The translations under genes were made by a program, and so were the position numbers. A DNA stretch of 64,000 bases from an uncultured Bdellovibrio sp. (GTDB lineage: Bacteria > Bdellovibrionota > Bdellovibrionia > Bdellovibrionales > Bdellovibrionaceae), in assembly GCA_963932905.1 (NCBI GenBank), contig CAWVRN010000020.1, positions 17,332-81,331 of the forward strand. The letters are read 5' to 3'. The notes under the pieces were generated by a model that searched no databases, was not told where the DNA came from, and worked only from the letters and a program-made list of their open reading frames with translations. Below are positions 55,951-64,000 of this stretch, in pieces. The first letter of the stretch is position 1. Each line of letters starts with the position of its first letter.

Positions 55951-58173
55951 TTATGACAAAGACGCCGCGAATAGCATTTCGCGGTATTTCGGTAACGGCC
56001 ATAATTCATCAGCTACTAAACGTTCTGCTTGGTCGCAGGCATCACGTAATCTGAAGCTCAATGGTTGCACCTCTTGTGCTAGTTTTTTCATTCTGGCTGG
56101 TTCGTCGTGCATTTTGCTGGTTGTGTCTGCTAGACGAGTGAGTTCGTCTTGTAGGCTCAAAATGCTCTCGAACGTGGCTTCTAGTTTTTGAGTTCTAGAG
56201 GCATGGTACTTCTTCAAAGACGAAGAAGTGATACTTTGGTGAGTGGTTGTCAACGTCATCAATTGTTTTTCCACCGCCGGGATTACAAATGTTTGAGTCA
56301 TTTCTAACAGCGTATCGATTTCAATATCGATCGTTTTAATGTAACGCTCGACACTGATATGGTAACGGGACATGATTTCTTCTGACGACAAAACTTTTGT
56401 TTCTGTCAGGAATGTTGTCATTTTAGTGTCTTTGTACATTTCGAGAGCATCGGCTGTCGATTTTAAGATTGGTAAGCCGCGAGCCGCGGCTTCATCACGC
56501 CATTCTTGAGAGTAACCATTCCCATCGAAACGTACTTTTTTAGATTCTTTTAAGTACGAGCGGATCAACTCCATAACGGCTTCGTCACGGTTAGTTTTCG
56601 TTTTTAAAAGATCTTTTAAAGCGGTTGAAGCTTGACGGAATGTATTGGCTACCGCTGCGTTTAAGTATGTCATCGGGATCGATACGATCGCTGATGAACC
56701 TACCGCGCGGAATTCAAATTTATTTCCAGTGAATGCAAATGGTGATGTGCGGTTACGATCTGTGTAGTCTTTAGAAATGTTAGGGATTTTTCCAACACCT
56801 AAATCGATGATCGATTGTTCCGTTGCCTTCGCTGATTTACCTTCTTCGATATCATTGCAGATTTTCTCAAGCATCGAGCCCAAAAATACGGAAATAATCG
56901 CTGGAGGCGCTTCGTTCGCGCCCAAACGGTGATCGTTACCAGGATTTGCAATAGCCGCACGTAACACAGCAGCGTTTTCGTTCACAGCTTTAAGAACCAC
57001 GGCTAGTACAGCTAAGAAGCGTAAGTTTTGGTGAGGTGTCGTTCCTGGCTCAAGTAAGTTCTCACCTTTGTCATTTGATAATGACCAGTTGTTATGCTTA
57101 CCGCTGCCGTTAATACCTGCAAATGGTTTTTCATGAAGCAAACAAACAAAGTTGTGCTTAAGTGCCACACGTTTTAAAACTTCCATTGATAATGTGTTGT
57201 GGTCAGAAGAAATATTCACGTCTTCAAAAATCGGAGCTAATTCAAACTGACTTGGTGCTACTTCGTTATGACGAGTTTTAGCTGGGATACCAAGTTTGAA
57301 TAATTCATATTCCACTTCCTGCATGTATGATTTTACGCGAGAAGGGATAGATCCGAAATAATGATCTTCTAATTGTTGACCGCGAGTTGAAGGTGAACCT
57401 AACAACGTACGACCGGTCATGATTAAATCGGGGCGTAATGAAACAAAGTTTTTATCGATCAAGAAGTATTCTTGTTCTGCACCAAGAGTGGCGCTGACGT
57501 GTTTCGCATCCACGTCGCCGATTAATTTTAAAAACTCGCACGCTTCATTGCTTAGAACATCCACTGATCTTAGTAGCGGCGTTTTGCAATCTAGAGCTTG
57601 GCCGTGGTAGCCAAAGAATACCGTCGGGATGCACAGAGTTTTGCTAGCATCGTCTTCGATGATGAATAATGGCGATGATGGATCCCAAGTCGTGTAACCA
57701 CGGGCCTCGAAAGTTGAACGTGTTCCACCAGATGGGAAGCTGGAAGCATCCGGCTCGCCTTGGATTAATTGTGATCCAGTAAAGCGTTCGATAACGCGTA
57801 ATTCAGAGTGATGAGTTGATTGAATTGTGATGAACGCATCATGTTTTTCTGCGCTCAAACCGGTCATTGGCTGAAACCAGTGACAGAAGTGAGTAACGCC
57901 TTTAGCTACGGACCATTCTTTAACGGCCGAAGCAATCGCTTCCGCTGTTTCTTTCGGTAATTTTTTTCCGTGATCTAAAGTTTTAAGCAAGCTTTGGTAA
58001 GAATCTTTTGGTAATTTCTCGCGCATTTGAGCTAAACCAAATGTGTTGCAACCGAAGAATTCAGAAACGGGTGCATTTTCACTAACTGGGCGAGTAATTT
58101 TTGCGGGTTTTTGTTGAGTCGCTGCTGCTAAGGCAATCGAACGAGAATTAGATCCAGATGAATCTGTCGACAT
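55951..58173 (-). CDS. glnN: Glutamine synthetase type III
   Basis: 740 aa; HWFQPMTG.SAEKHD, GEPDASSFPSGG.RSTFEARGYT, HNEVAP, HEKPFAGINGSGKHNNWS, RLGANEAPP, DRNRTSPFAFTGNKFEFR. Confidence 0.96.
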   Translation of the reverse strand: MSTDSSGSNSRSIALAAATQQKPAKITRPVSENAPVSEFFGCNTFGLAQMREKLPKDSYQSLLKTLDHGKKLPKETAEAIASAVKEWSVAKGVTHFCHWFQPMTGLSAEKHDAFITIQSTHHSELRVIERFTGSQLIQGEPDASSFPSGGTRSTFEARGYTTWDPSSPLFIIEDDASKTLCIPTVFFGYHGQALDCKTPLLRSVDVLSNEACEFLKLIGDVDAKHVSATLGAEQEYFLIDKNFVSLRPDLIMTGRTLLGSPSTRGQQLEDHYFGSIPSRVKSYMQEVEYELFKLGIPAKTRHNEVAPSQFELAPIFEDVNISSDHNTLSMEVLKRVALKHNFVCLLHEKPFAGINGSGKHNNWSLSNDKGENLLEPGTTPHQNLRFLAVLAVVLKAVNENAAVLRAAIANPGNDHRLGANEAPPAIISVFLGSMLEKICNDIEEGKSAKATEQSIIDLGVGKIPNISKDYTDRNRTSPFAFTGNKFEFRAVGSSAIVSIPMTYLNAAVANTFRQASTALKDLLKTKTNRDEAVMELIRSYLKESKKVRFDGNGYSQEWRDEAAARGLPILKSTADALEMYKDTKMTTFLTETKVLSSEEIMSRYHISVERYIKTIDIEIDTLLEMTQTFVIPAVEKQLMTLTTTHQSITSSSLKKYHASRTQKLEATFESILSLQDELTRLADTTSKMHDEPARMKKLAQEVQPLSFRLRDACDQAERLVADELWPLPKYREMLFAASLS

Positions 58174-58518
58174 GGGTACTCCTTGTTTCTGTAAGAAAGC
58201 TGCATTTGTTATGGTCTCTTACAAATATGTTTTGGTTTTAACCCTTAGAATAAACTTACTCTAAGGATTAGCCTTCATTATAAGGCACTTTGTTGTTTTA
58301 TTAAAGACAATTTCCTTGGAGACTGCATGTTTGCGCTGTTTCCAAGAGATTCCCGCCTCTTATTCTTCCTAAATTCGAATGGGATCAGGAAAAGGCTAAA
58401 ACAATGGCTGATAAAATCAATGGAAAACTCGTGCGCCATCGGTCGTGGCGCGCCGTAGTCGACCCTTTGTTTAAAAAGACGACAGAAAAGGAGCCAGGTT
58501 AGAGCGAGGACTCGATAT

Positions 58519-58983
58519 TTATCGAGTTTTCTTCAGGGAAATAGTGATTTCATAAGTCATAAAAACATTTTCAGGATTCTTCGCCGAGTAGGCAACACCT
58601 TTAAAAGTTTTGTTCAAGCGTTCTCCTGAGGCCAGGGCTTCGGCCATAGCTTGGCGGCAGGCTTCGATATCGGCGAATTCAAAAACAGTATCGGTGTCGG
58701 CGCGTTTTAGAAAATCACATTTGAAATCTTTAAAGATAAATGAAATCGGCTTCTTTTGAATAAACATGGCTTCAAGAATCGGGGTGGCGACAGAAAGTTC
58801 GGCACCCATCGCTAACGCGCCAAAATACATCGTGCGAAAATGATTTTTAGTTACAAAGTTCAGTGGCAATTTTACTTTTGCCGACGGTTCAATACTTAAA
58901 AGTTTAGGATTGCAAAATGCCAATAGAGGCACTCGTGCTAAACTTGTTCCTTTTATCAACCAATTTAGTTTTGTTGTACTCAT
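58519..58983 (-). CDS. Hotdog-fold / DUF4442 thioesterase-like protein
   Basis: VKLPL...TKNH..TMYFGALAMGAE; F.CDFLKRA. Confidence 0.8.
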   Translation of the reverse strand: MSTTKLNWLIKGTSLARVPLLAFCNPKLLSIEPSAKVKLPLNFVTKNHFRTMYFGALAMGAELSVATPILEAMFIQKKPISFIFKDFKCDFLKRADTDTVFEFADIEACRQAMAEALASGERLNKTFKGVAYSAKNPENVFMTYEITISLKKTR

Positions 58984-59003
58984 GAAGCTGAGTTTAAGAC
59001 AAT

Positions 59004-59026
59004 GCTCCCCAAAGCGTAAGGGGAGC
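59004..59026. terminator. GC hairpin after the 59040..59633 gene
   Basis: GCTCCCC-AAAGCGTAA-GGGGAGC; weak U-tract. Confidence 0.4.
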
Positions 59027-59039
59027 TAGACCTTTTTAT

Positions 59040-59633
59040 TTATAGAATCATATCATCGGTGTCGTGAGAAATTCTTTGGTAATCCTCAACTGTTGCTGGC
59101 GTCAGATTTTCACAGTTCACCCAGAACGTAGACCAAAGATGGCGTGATCGGCTGTAGAAAGATTTAAGTGATCCATCTGCATTTTTATCAAGTGTAACAC
59201 TGCCATAGACGGCCGAAAAACCTATACCATCGGGGTTGGAATCCGCTGTTGTGATTTCGAAACGATTGCCCGTTGTTTGGCTTGAGTTGGCACCTTCAAA
59301 CCAAAAATAACGATCGTCATACTTTGCATACAGTACTCGCGCGTGAAAAACTTGACTCTGGTGGTTGGTTCGGACATTACCGATGTAAACTAAGCACTCT
59401 TTGGCCGTTTCGATTTCTTTGTGTCTCCCAACGCCTCTGTAAATTCGGCCTTTTCCGTCAAAGTTTAGAAACTCTTTCATGGAGGCAACTGCAGATTTTT
59501 TAACCGGAACTTCAACCTGGCTGCGACCTGAATCCAAATCGTTTGACTGAGTGATATTAGGATCTGCCAACGATATCGAACTCGTGGTTTGAACAACCGC
59601 GATGATGAGTAAAAGAGAAGAAGTCAGTTTCAT
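59040..59633 (-). CDS. Secreted hypothetical protein
   Basis: MKLTSSLLLIIAVV...SLA signal; AAGGAG RBS (track ORF starts at 59672). Confidence 0.72.
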   Translation of the reverse strand: MKLTSSLLLIIAVVQTTSSISLADPNITQSNDLDSGRSQVEVPVKKSAVASMKEFLNFDGKGRIYRGVGRHKEIETAKECLVYIGNVRTNHQSQVFHARVLYAKYDDRYFWFEGANSSQTTGNRFEITTADSNPDGIGFSAVYGSVTLDKNADGSLKSFYSRSRHLWSTFWVNCENLTPATVEDYQRISHDTDDMIL

Positions 59634-59693
59634 TGTTGTCTCCTTAGGATTTGTTTTAAGCGAACTAAACACGATTATACCTAGTTATGTCAA

Positions 59694-59710
59694 AGCGAGG
59701 ATCGTGCCAG
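59694..59710 (-). promoter_or_regulatory. Putative sigma54 promoter
   Basis: Minus strand CTGGCACGATCCTCGCT = GG-N10-GC with a perfect -24 box. Confidence 0.6.
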
Positions 59711-59812
59711 TATTTTAGATGACCTAGGGGAGTCCAATTCAAGGTGCCACTCAATAGTTTGCATCTTGTTGGACAGGTGTAAAGAAAATATACGGTTAAT
59801 AGATCGGCTATA

Positions 59813-60505
59813 TTACCAAGGGGTTCCCGTCTTTGGAGGAGGGTGACCGGTATATAAGGCAGAATGAATTAAAGAATTTAATTTTTTCATTTCGACAACA
59901 GAAGCATAAGTCGATTCACTAAATAAACCACCTGTTATCTCACGCGCCAAATGAGGCGATGGTTTGTAAAGTGTACAGGCTGGCTCGTTTGTGCACATGT
60001 ATTTCAATAGCGAAAATGTGGCTTCGTGGAAAAGCAGAGCGATGCGATGTTGAGCTGAAAGTTGTTTCCAAATCTGTGACTGTAGGCGGATGCTGTACAA
60101 AGTTCTTTCCGAAGCTTGAAGGCGTTCCGCCATTTTAAATTTGATCACCGGTGGGTCATCGTTCTGTAAAGTGAGCGGCGTTTCGATCAGGGACCATGAA
60201 TGAAAATTAATAGTTGATGCATAGATTTTGGCTAGACCTGGAACTACTGTTTCTAAATCACATAGCTTACGTCCCAGGAGCTCAGAATCGATTTCTAAAA
60301 ACTTGATTCGTCTTAAATCGGTTTTGGTTTTTAGTACTCGCCGGCAATTGAAATGTGGTTGTAGGTGTGCACCCACTTCTAGAAGATCGCGCACATAGTA
60401 GGTGTTGTTTATTTTATAGGCTTCAACACCACTCCCAATTGCGATAGGTATCGATAGGGCAAGGCTAGGTAATAAAAGTACGAACAGGACCTTTAGTAAT
60501 TTCAT
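59813..60505 (-). CDS. Secreted hypothetical protein with a 'W..L.......L..HE' motif
   Basis: Signal peptide MKLLKVLFVLLLPSLALS; GSG.E, RDLLE, IWKQLSAQHRIALLFHEA. Confidence 0.68.
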   Translation of the reverse strand: MKLLKVLFVLLLPSLALSIPIAIGSGVEAYKINNTYYVRDLLEVGAHLQPHFNCRRVLKTKTDLRRIKFLEIDSELLGRKLCDLETVVPGLAKIYASTINFHSWSLIETPLTLQNDDPPVIKFKMAERLQASERTLYSIRLQSQIWKQLSAQHRIALLFHEATFSLLKYMCTNEPACTLYKPSPHLAREITGGLFSESTYASVVEMKKLNSLIHSALYTGHPPPKTGTPW

Positions 60506-60704
60506 GTGTAGAAAGCTCATAGAATATATCCCTGAAATCAATTTAAAAGACGAGATGCCGAGTGTTAAAACTCCATTTTAACAGGAAATTGCCGGACTGG
60601 TCTGAGGGACTGTAAACGAACTCGTCAATCCGTGATTTTGACTCAATAAATCGGGGGAATAACCGAGATAAATAGGAGTATCGAACATATTTTTGAGGTG
60701 AATT

Positions 60705-61802
60705 TTGAAAGACTGGATTAAAAAAATTGTCCAACAATTTGAGACAGAAAAAAGCGCAGGAACTCCTGATAAAATGTCAGAAGAGATGGCGACGATTCTA
60801 TTTTTGATTGATGTGTATAATAAAAATTTACTAGATACACCGAAGTTTTCTGTCCGTCAGGCCCGGGAAGAATTGGATATGTTTTCTAAGAAGCTAATTC
60901 AGTCAGGAGCTCCAGGTCAGGATGCGACGGCGCATGAAGAAACATTCTTCCAATTGCGTCAGTTTTTTAATTCTCATCGGATTGATGAGACTACGTATTT
61001 CTTGCACGCCTTTGAAGACTTTAAGAAAATTATCTGGGAATTTGCTGATCAATTAAAAGATGAATTCAAAGACCAAAAGCATAACGATCAGATGATCGAT
61101 GGGCAGTTTAAAGAACTGCGTGACGCGGTTGAATCTAATTCGATCGAAAAGCTTCGCGAAAAATCAAAAGAATTCATTTCTAAATATGTCGAAGTTCAAA
61201 ATCGCAAAGATACGTCAAAAGCGAAACGAATGAATTCGATCAAAAAGAACTTAAACCAGTTCAAAAAGAAACTAACAGAGGCTCAACACACAATGAATCA
61301 CGACCACTTAACGGGTGCCTACAATCGTCGATTTTTCGAAGAGCAAGTTCGCAGTTTTGCGACGACGGTGGATATGGGTGATAGCAAATCCGTGATGATG
61401 ATTTTAGATATCGATCACTTCAAGAAGATCAACGATACGTACGGACATGACATTGGCGATTTCGTTCTCAAAGAATGTGTGGCCACGATCAAAAAAATGT
61501 TCACTCGTGAAAATGATGTTGTGGCGCGTTTAGGCGGCGAAGAGTTCTCGATCTTCTTGCCAGATTATACAATCGATATGGCGATAAAAAAGGGCGAAGA
61601 GGTCTTGGAAACGATCAGGAAACAGGCCTTCGTTCATGGCGAACACCAAATCAAATTCACGGTGTCTATTGGCTTATCTGAGTGGCGTACAAATGATCAG
61701 TTAGAGGTGATTTACAAACGCTGTGACCAAGCTTTGTATGAAGCTAAAAATTCGGGTCGTAACCGTTTAGTTGTAGCTGAAAAACTGAAAGTTGCGGTTT
61801 AA
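60705..61802 (+). CDS. Cytoplasmic diguanylate cyclase (helical/coiled-coil N-terminus + GGDEF)
   Basis: DHLTGAYNRR, LDIDHFKKINDTYGHDIGD, I-site REND, GGEEF; TTG start after GAGG. Confidence 0.95.
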   Translation: MKDWIKKIVQQFETEKSAGTPDKMSEEMATILFLIDVYNKNLLDTPKFSVRQAREELDMFSKKLIQSGAPGQDATAHEETFFQLRQFFNSHRIDETTYFLHAFEDFKKIIWEFADQLKDEFKDQKHNDQMIDGQFKELRDAVESNSIEKLREKSKEFISKYVEVQNRKDTSKAKRMNSIKKNLNQFKKKLTEAQHTMNHDHLTGAYNRRFFEEQVRSFATTVDMGDSKSVMMILDIDHFKKINDTYGHDIGDFVLKECVATIKKMFTRENDVVARLGGEEFSIFLPDYTIDMAIKKGEEVLETIRKQAFVHGEHQIKFTVSIGLSEWRTNDQLEVIYKRCDQALYEAKNSGRNRLVVAEKLKVAV

Positions 61803-62494
61803 TCTTTAGTTTTGCATTCACAGTCGCCTTCGTGACAGCGAAAAATCAGTTCATCTTGATATAATTGGAACTCGGTAATTTCCGAGTTCGACTCTTCCAC
61901 TTCAATATGGGTAGAATCTGTTATCCTCGCGGACCATTTCTTTTGCGTCTCGAACACCGTATTGAAATCGATATACTTTGAAAGCGTCGTGTTGCTTGGA
62001 TTAAATTTGTCGTCGTCTGGTAGTTCGACAGGATCTGGTAGGCCATCATCTAGAACCCGAAAAACTTTAAGTTCGCGAACGGGGCGACCATTGGCTTCCA
62101 TGTATAGAACCTGCGCGCGGACGTCTTTGCCGTCTTTGTCTTTGAAAAAATAATGAATGTAATCTAAATCTTCGCGATATTTTGGATTTTCTGATTTCCA
62201 ATTTTCAACGAAGGATTTCGGATTGGCAACTTTTTCAGATAGCTCTGGGAAACAGCGTTTGAGTGTTTCTGGAAATGTATTTACCTTCGCTACCGTCTTT
62301 TCCGAAATTTCATTGTCGGCAATATCATCCGTTACGGCCGCTGTGGCTTCATGATCTACGCTGCCATCGGATCCACTGGATGACTTTGTGCCACTGGATG
62401 ATTTGTGGACAAATAAAAAATGAATACTTGCCCAACCACCAAGTAATATAACTGCGATGATAGATAAGATAATACTTTTTCGCTTATTCGACAT
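61799..62494 (-). CDS. Membrane-anchored hypothetical protein
   Basis: N-terminal TM, Ser-rich linker, DDGLP, C-terminal C...C.C. Confidence 0.72.
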   Translation of the reverse strand: MSNKRKSIILSIIAVILLGGWASIHFLFVHKSSSGTKSSSGSDGSVDHEATAAVTDDIADNEISEKTVAKVNTFPETLKRCFPELSEKVANPKSFVENWKSENPKYREDLDYIHYFFKDKDGKDVRAQVLYMEANGRPVRELKVFRVLDDGLPDPVELPDDDKFNPSNTTLSKYIDFNTVFETQKKWSARITDSTHIEVEESNSEITEFQLYQDELIFRCHEGDCECKTKD

Positions 62495-63797
62495 ACGTTA
62501 GTTTTAAATTACCCCAGCTTGGACAGATATTTTTAATGACGACATCCTCACCAAAGCGAATTTCTGGTGGATGATTTGGGTTGCTGGACAGGCGGTTCGT
62601 GAATAGGCGGCGTTTGATTTCTGCCAGGTCAACTGATTTTTCAATGCCTTCGCCACGCGAGTAGTGTTTCACCCGACATAGAGAAGCGCTACTAGCCACT
62701 GTGCGTTTTTGATTTTGTGATTCTGTCGCGACATTCACGTCTAATTGCGGGAATACCACTTTTAGTTGCTGCCATGTTTTTTCATTTAATGAAATTTCGT
62801 TTCTTTCGTGAACTAAGCCTTTTACGAAGTTTCTTAAGAAGATGATTTCATCTGCCAATCGACGATCACGGCTGGGAGTCGAATAGTTATCGAAATCCGC
62901 TTCTGACATACATTGGTAGCCAGTTGATTTTAGGAATGCCTCGGATTCTTTCACGGCATCGATACGCTGCTGGATATCTGCACAGATGTTTTCGATTAGT
63001 CGAACGGCGGTTTGCTGGCTTGATTCTTCTGATGTTTGCAATGCTTTTTGTAGTTCAGTTTTCCATTTACCTGGTTTGATGGCGTATTGCTCTTCGCTGT
63101 AGCCAGTGACTTTCCAAACCGGAAGTTTTAATTCTGATTCTTTTCTCCAGTAACGAACGCCGCCGTTACCTTTGGGAGTTACATCGCCTTCAAATACCCA
63201 GTCACCATTTGGCCAAGATTTTCTTTCTTGCAAAGTCAGGCTCGAGTATGCGCCTACCGTTGAATTGAAGACCAAGTGAGGGATGCCCGTCGGGAAGATA
63301 TTTTTGATAACCCATGAATGATGGTTTTTTTCAACGGTTAAAATGATAGCTCCGGGAGTGATGCTTTCGCGCGAAACTTTCACTGGGTAGGTATCATTCG
63401 GCATCGATTTCGTGCTGACTATATTGTAAACTAAAAACAAGAAATTACGGATGCGATCTTTTTCTGGACGCGAATCCCAGCGAGTCATTGAGTTCGAAAT
63501 TAATTTTTTGCCACCGCTGGCATCATTCATTACGAAAGGAAGTGAATGTAAATACGAGAAAATTACGCGAGCTGAATAAACTGTGTCCGCACAATCTACG
63601 CGCAGGCCTTGAAAAATATTTGGCGAACCATCGGGGTTTTCTTTTCTGGAGAAAAAGTCTTTGCCCCAATTTTTTTGTACCCATGTAGAGTATTGTTTTT
63701 CACGATCGGCATTCCAGGTATTAGTAGCGGTCCATACCTCGGCAAAAGTCGAAAATGAAACGAGAAGTGCTGTTACAAGAATAGAAAACGATAACAT
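62484..63797 (-). CDS. Secreted hypothetical protein
   Basis: Signal peptide; W....W....E..YS.WV, VDCAD, HSW, YSTPSRD, LSSNPNH...RFG. Confidence 0.75.
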   Translation of the reverse strand: MLSFSILVTALLVSFSTFAEVWTATNTWNADREKQYSTWVQKNWGKDFFSRKENPDGSPNIFQGLRVDCADTVYSARVIFSYLHSLPFVMNDASGGKKLISNSMTRWDSRPEKDRIRNFLFLVYNIVSTKSMPNDTYPVKVSRESITPGAIILTVEKNHHSWVIKNIFPTGIPHLVFNSTVGAYSSLTLQERKSWPNGDWVFEGDVTPKGNGGVRYWRKESELKLPVWKVTGYSEEQYAIKPGKWKTELQKALQTSEESSQQTAVRLIENICADIQQRIDAVKESEAFLKSTGYQCMSEADFDNYSTPSRDRRLADEIIFLRNFVKGLVHERNEISLNEKTWQQLKVVFPQLDVNVATESQNQKRTVASSASLCRVKHYSRGEGIEKSVDLAEIKRRLFTNRLSSNPNHPPEIRFGEDVVIKNICPSWGNLKLTYVE

Positions 63798-64000
63798 GTA
63801 GATCCCCCACGAAATACGAACCCGTATGTACCTAATTTATCTTCAAAATTGTATTAAAATTATAGGGGACTATAAAAAGTAGCCAGTGTTTGGTGAACTC
63901 AGGTTTACACGGTAGCTTTTTTCCGCCTAAAAAGGGATTTGTGTTAAGAACTGGCCCCTTAGGCTGCAGCTAAGGGGAGATTTAATTTCTTTAAATTCAA

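Noticed and set aside
59813..60505. Zinc metalloprotease call from ALLFHEA
   Set aside because: The sequence is HEATF, so the second His of HExxH is missing.
1..64000. Numerous short antisense or nested ORFs in the track; tRNA/rRNA genes
   Set aside because: The ORFs are shadows of well-supported genes. No cloverleaf or rRNA signature was recognised by eye, and tRNAscan/Rfam were not run.

Overview
This is a 64-kb chromosomal window, most likely from a Bdellovibrionota bacterium. That is an inference from TIGR02147/DUF4423, an 'FQNC'-type lipoprotein, an Agl-Glt gliding operon with a GYF-PilZ gene, and the deltaproteobacterial-style pil and gsp clusters. From left to right it contains: (1) an AT-richer signalling block with a Nostoc/sGC-like H-NOX, a truncated HNOBA partner, two CheY-like receivers, a CheX-fused hybrid kinase and an OmpR regulator; (2) a lipoprotein-TIGR02147-lipoprotein trio; (3) a gliding operon (VWA lipoprotein, GYF-PilZ, aglRQS, gltD/F/G, an OM barrel, gltC, a coiled-coil protein); (4) an OmpA lipoprotein, an intact-looking DDE IS with terminal IRs and a 4-bp target duplication, and pirin/LysR; (5) a CHASE2 kinase-NtrC pair, then ribF-(degenerate aroE)-pilB-(degenerate pilT)-pilC-pilS-pilR; (6) several lipoproteins, including a PA14 one, and an internally duplicated acidic protein; (7) a split, permuted T2SS cluster (gspLMN-ssb ... 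gspFGHIJK) containing a ~190-bp GC-rich palindrome; (8) an amidohydrolase, GS type III, a hotdog-fold protein, a GGDEF cyclase and secreted hypotheticals. No rRNA, tRNA or CRISPR array was seen. The best novelty candidates are the H-NOX/CheX-kinase phosphorelay, an AglQ-like stator subunit lacking the conserved Asp, the wobble-biased palindrome, and the paralog-TIGR02147-paralog module. All family calls come from motif recognition by eye; no searches were run.
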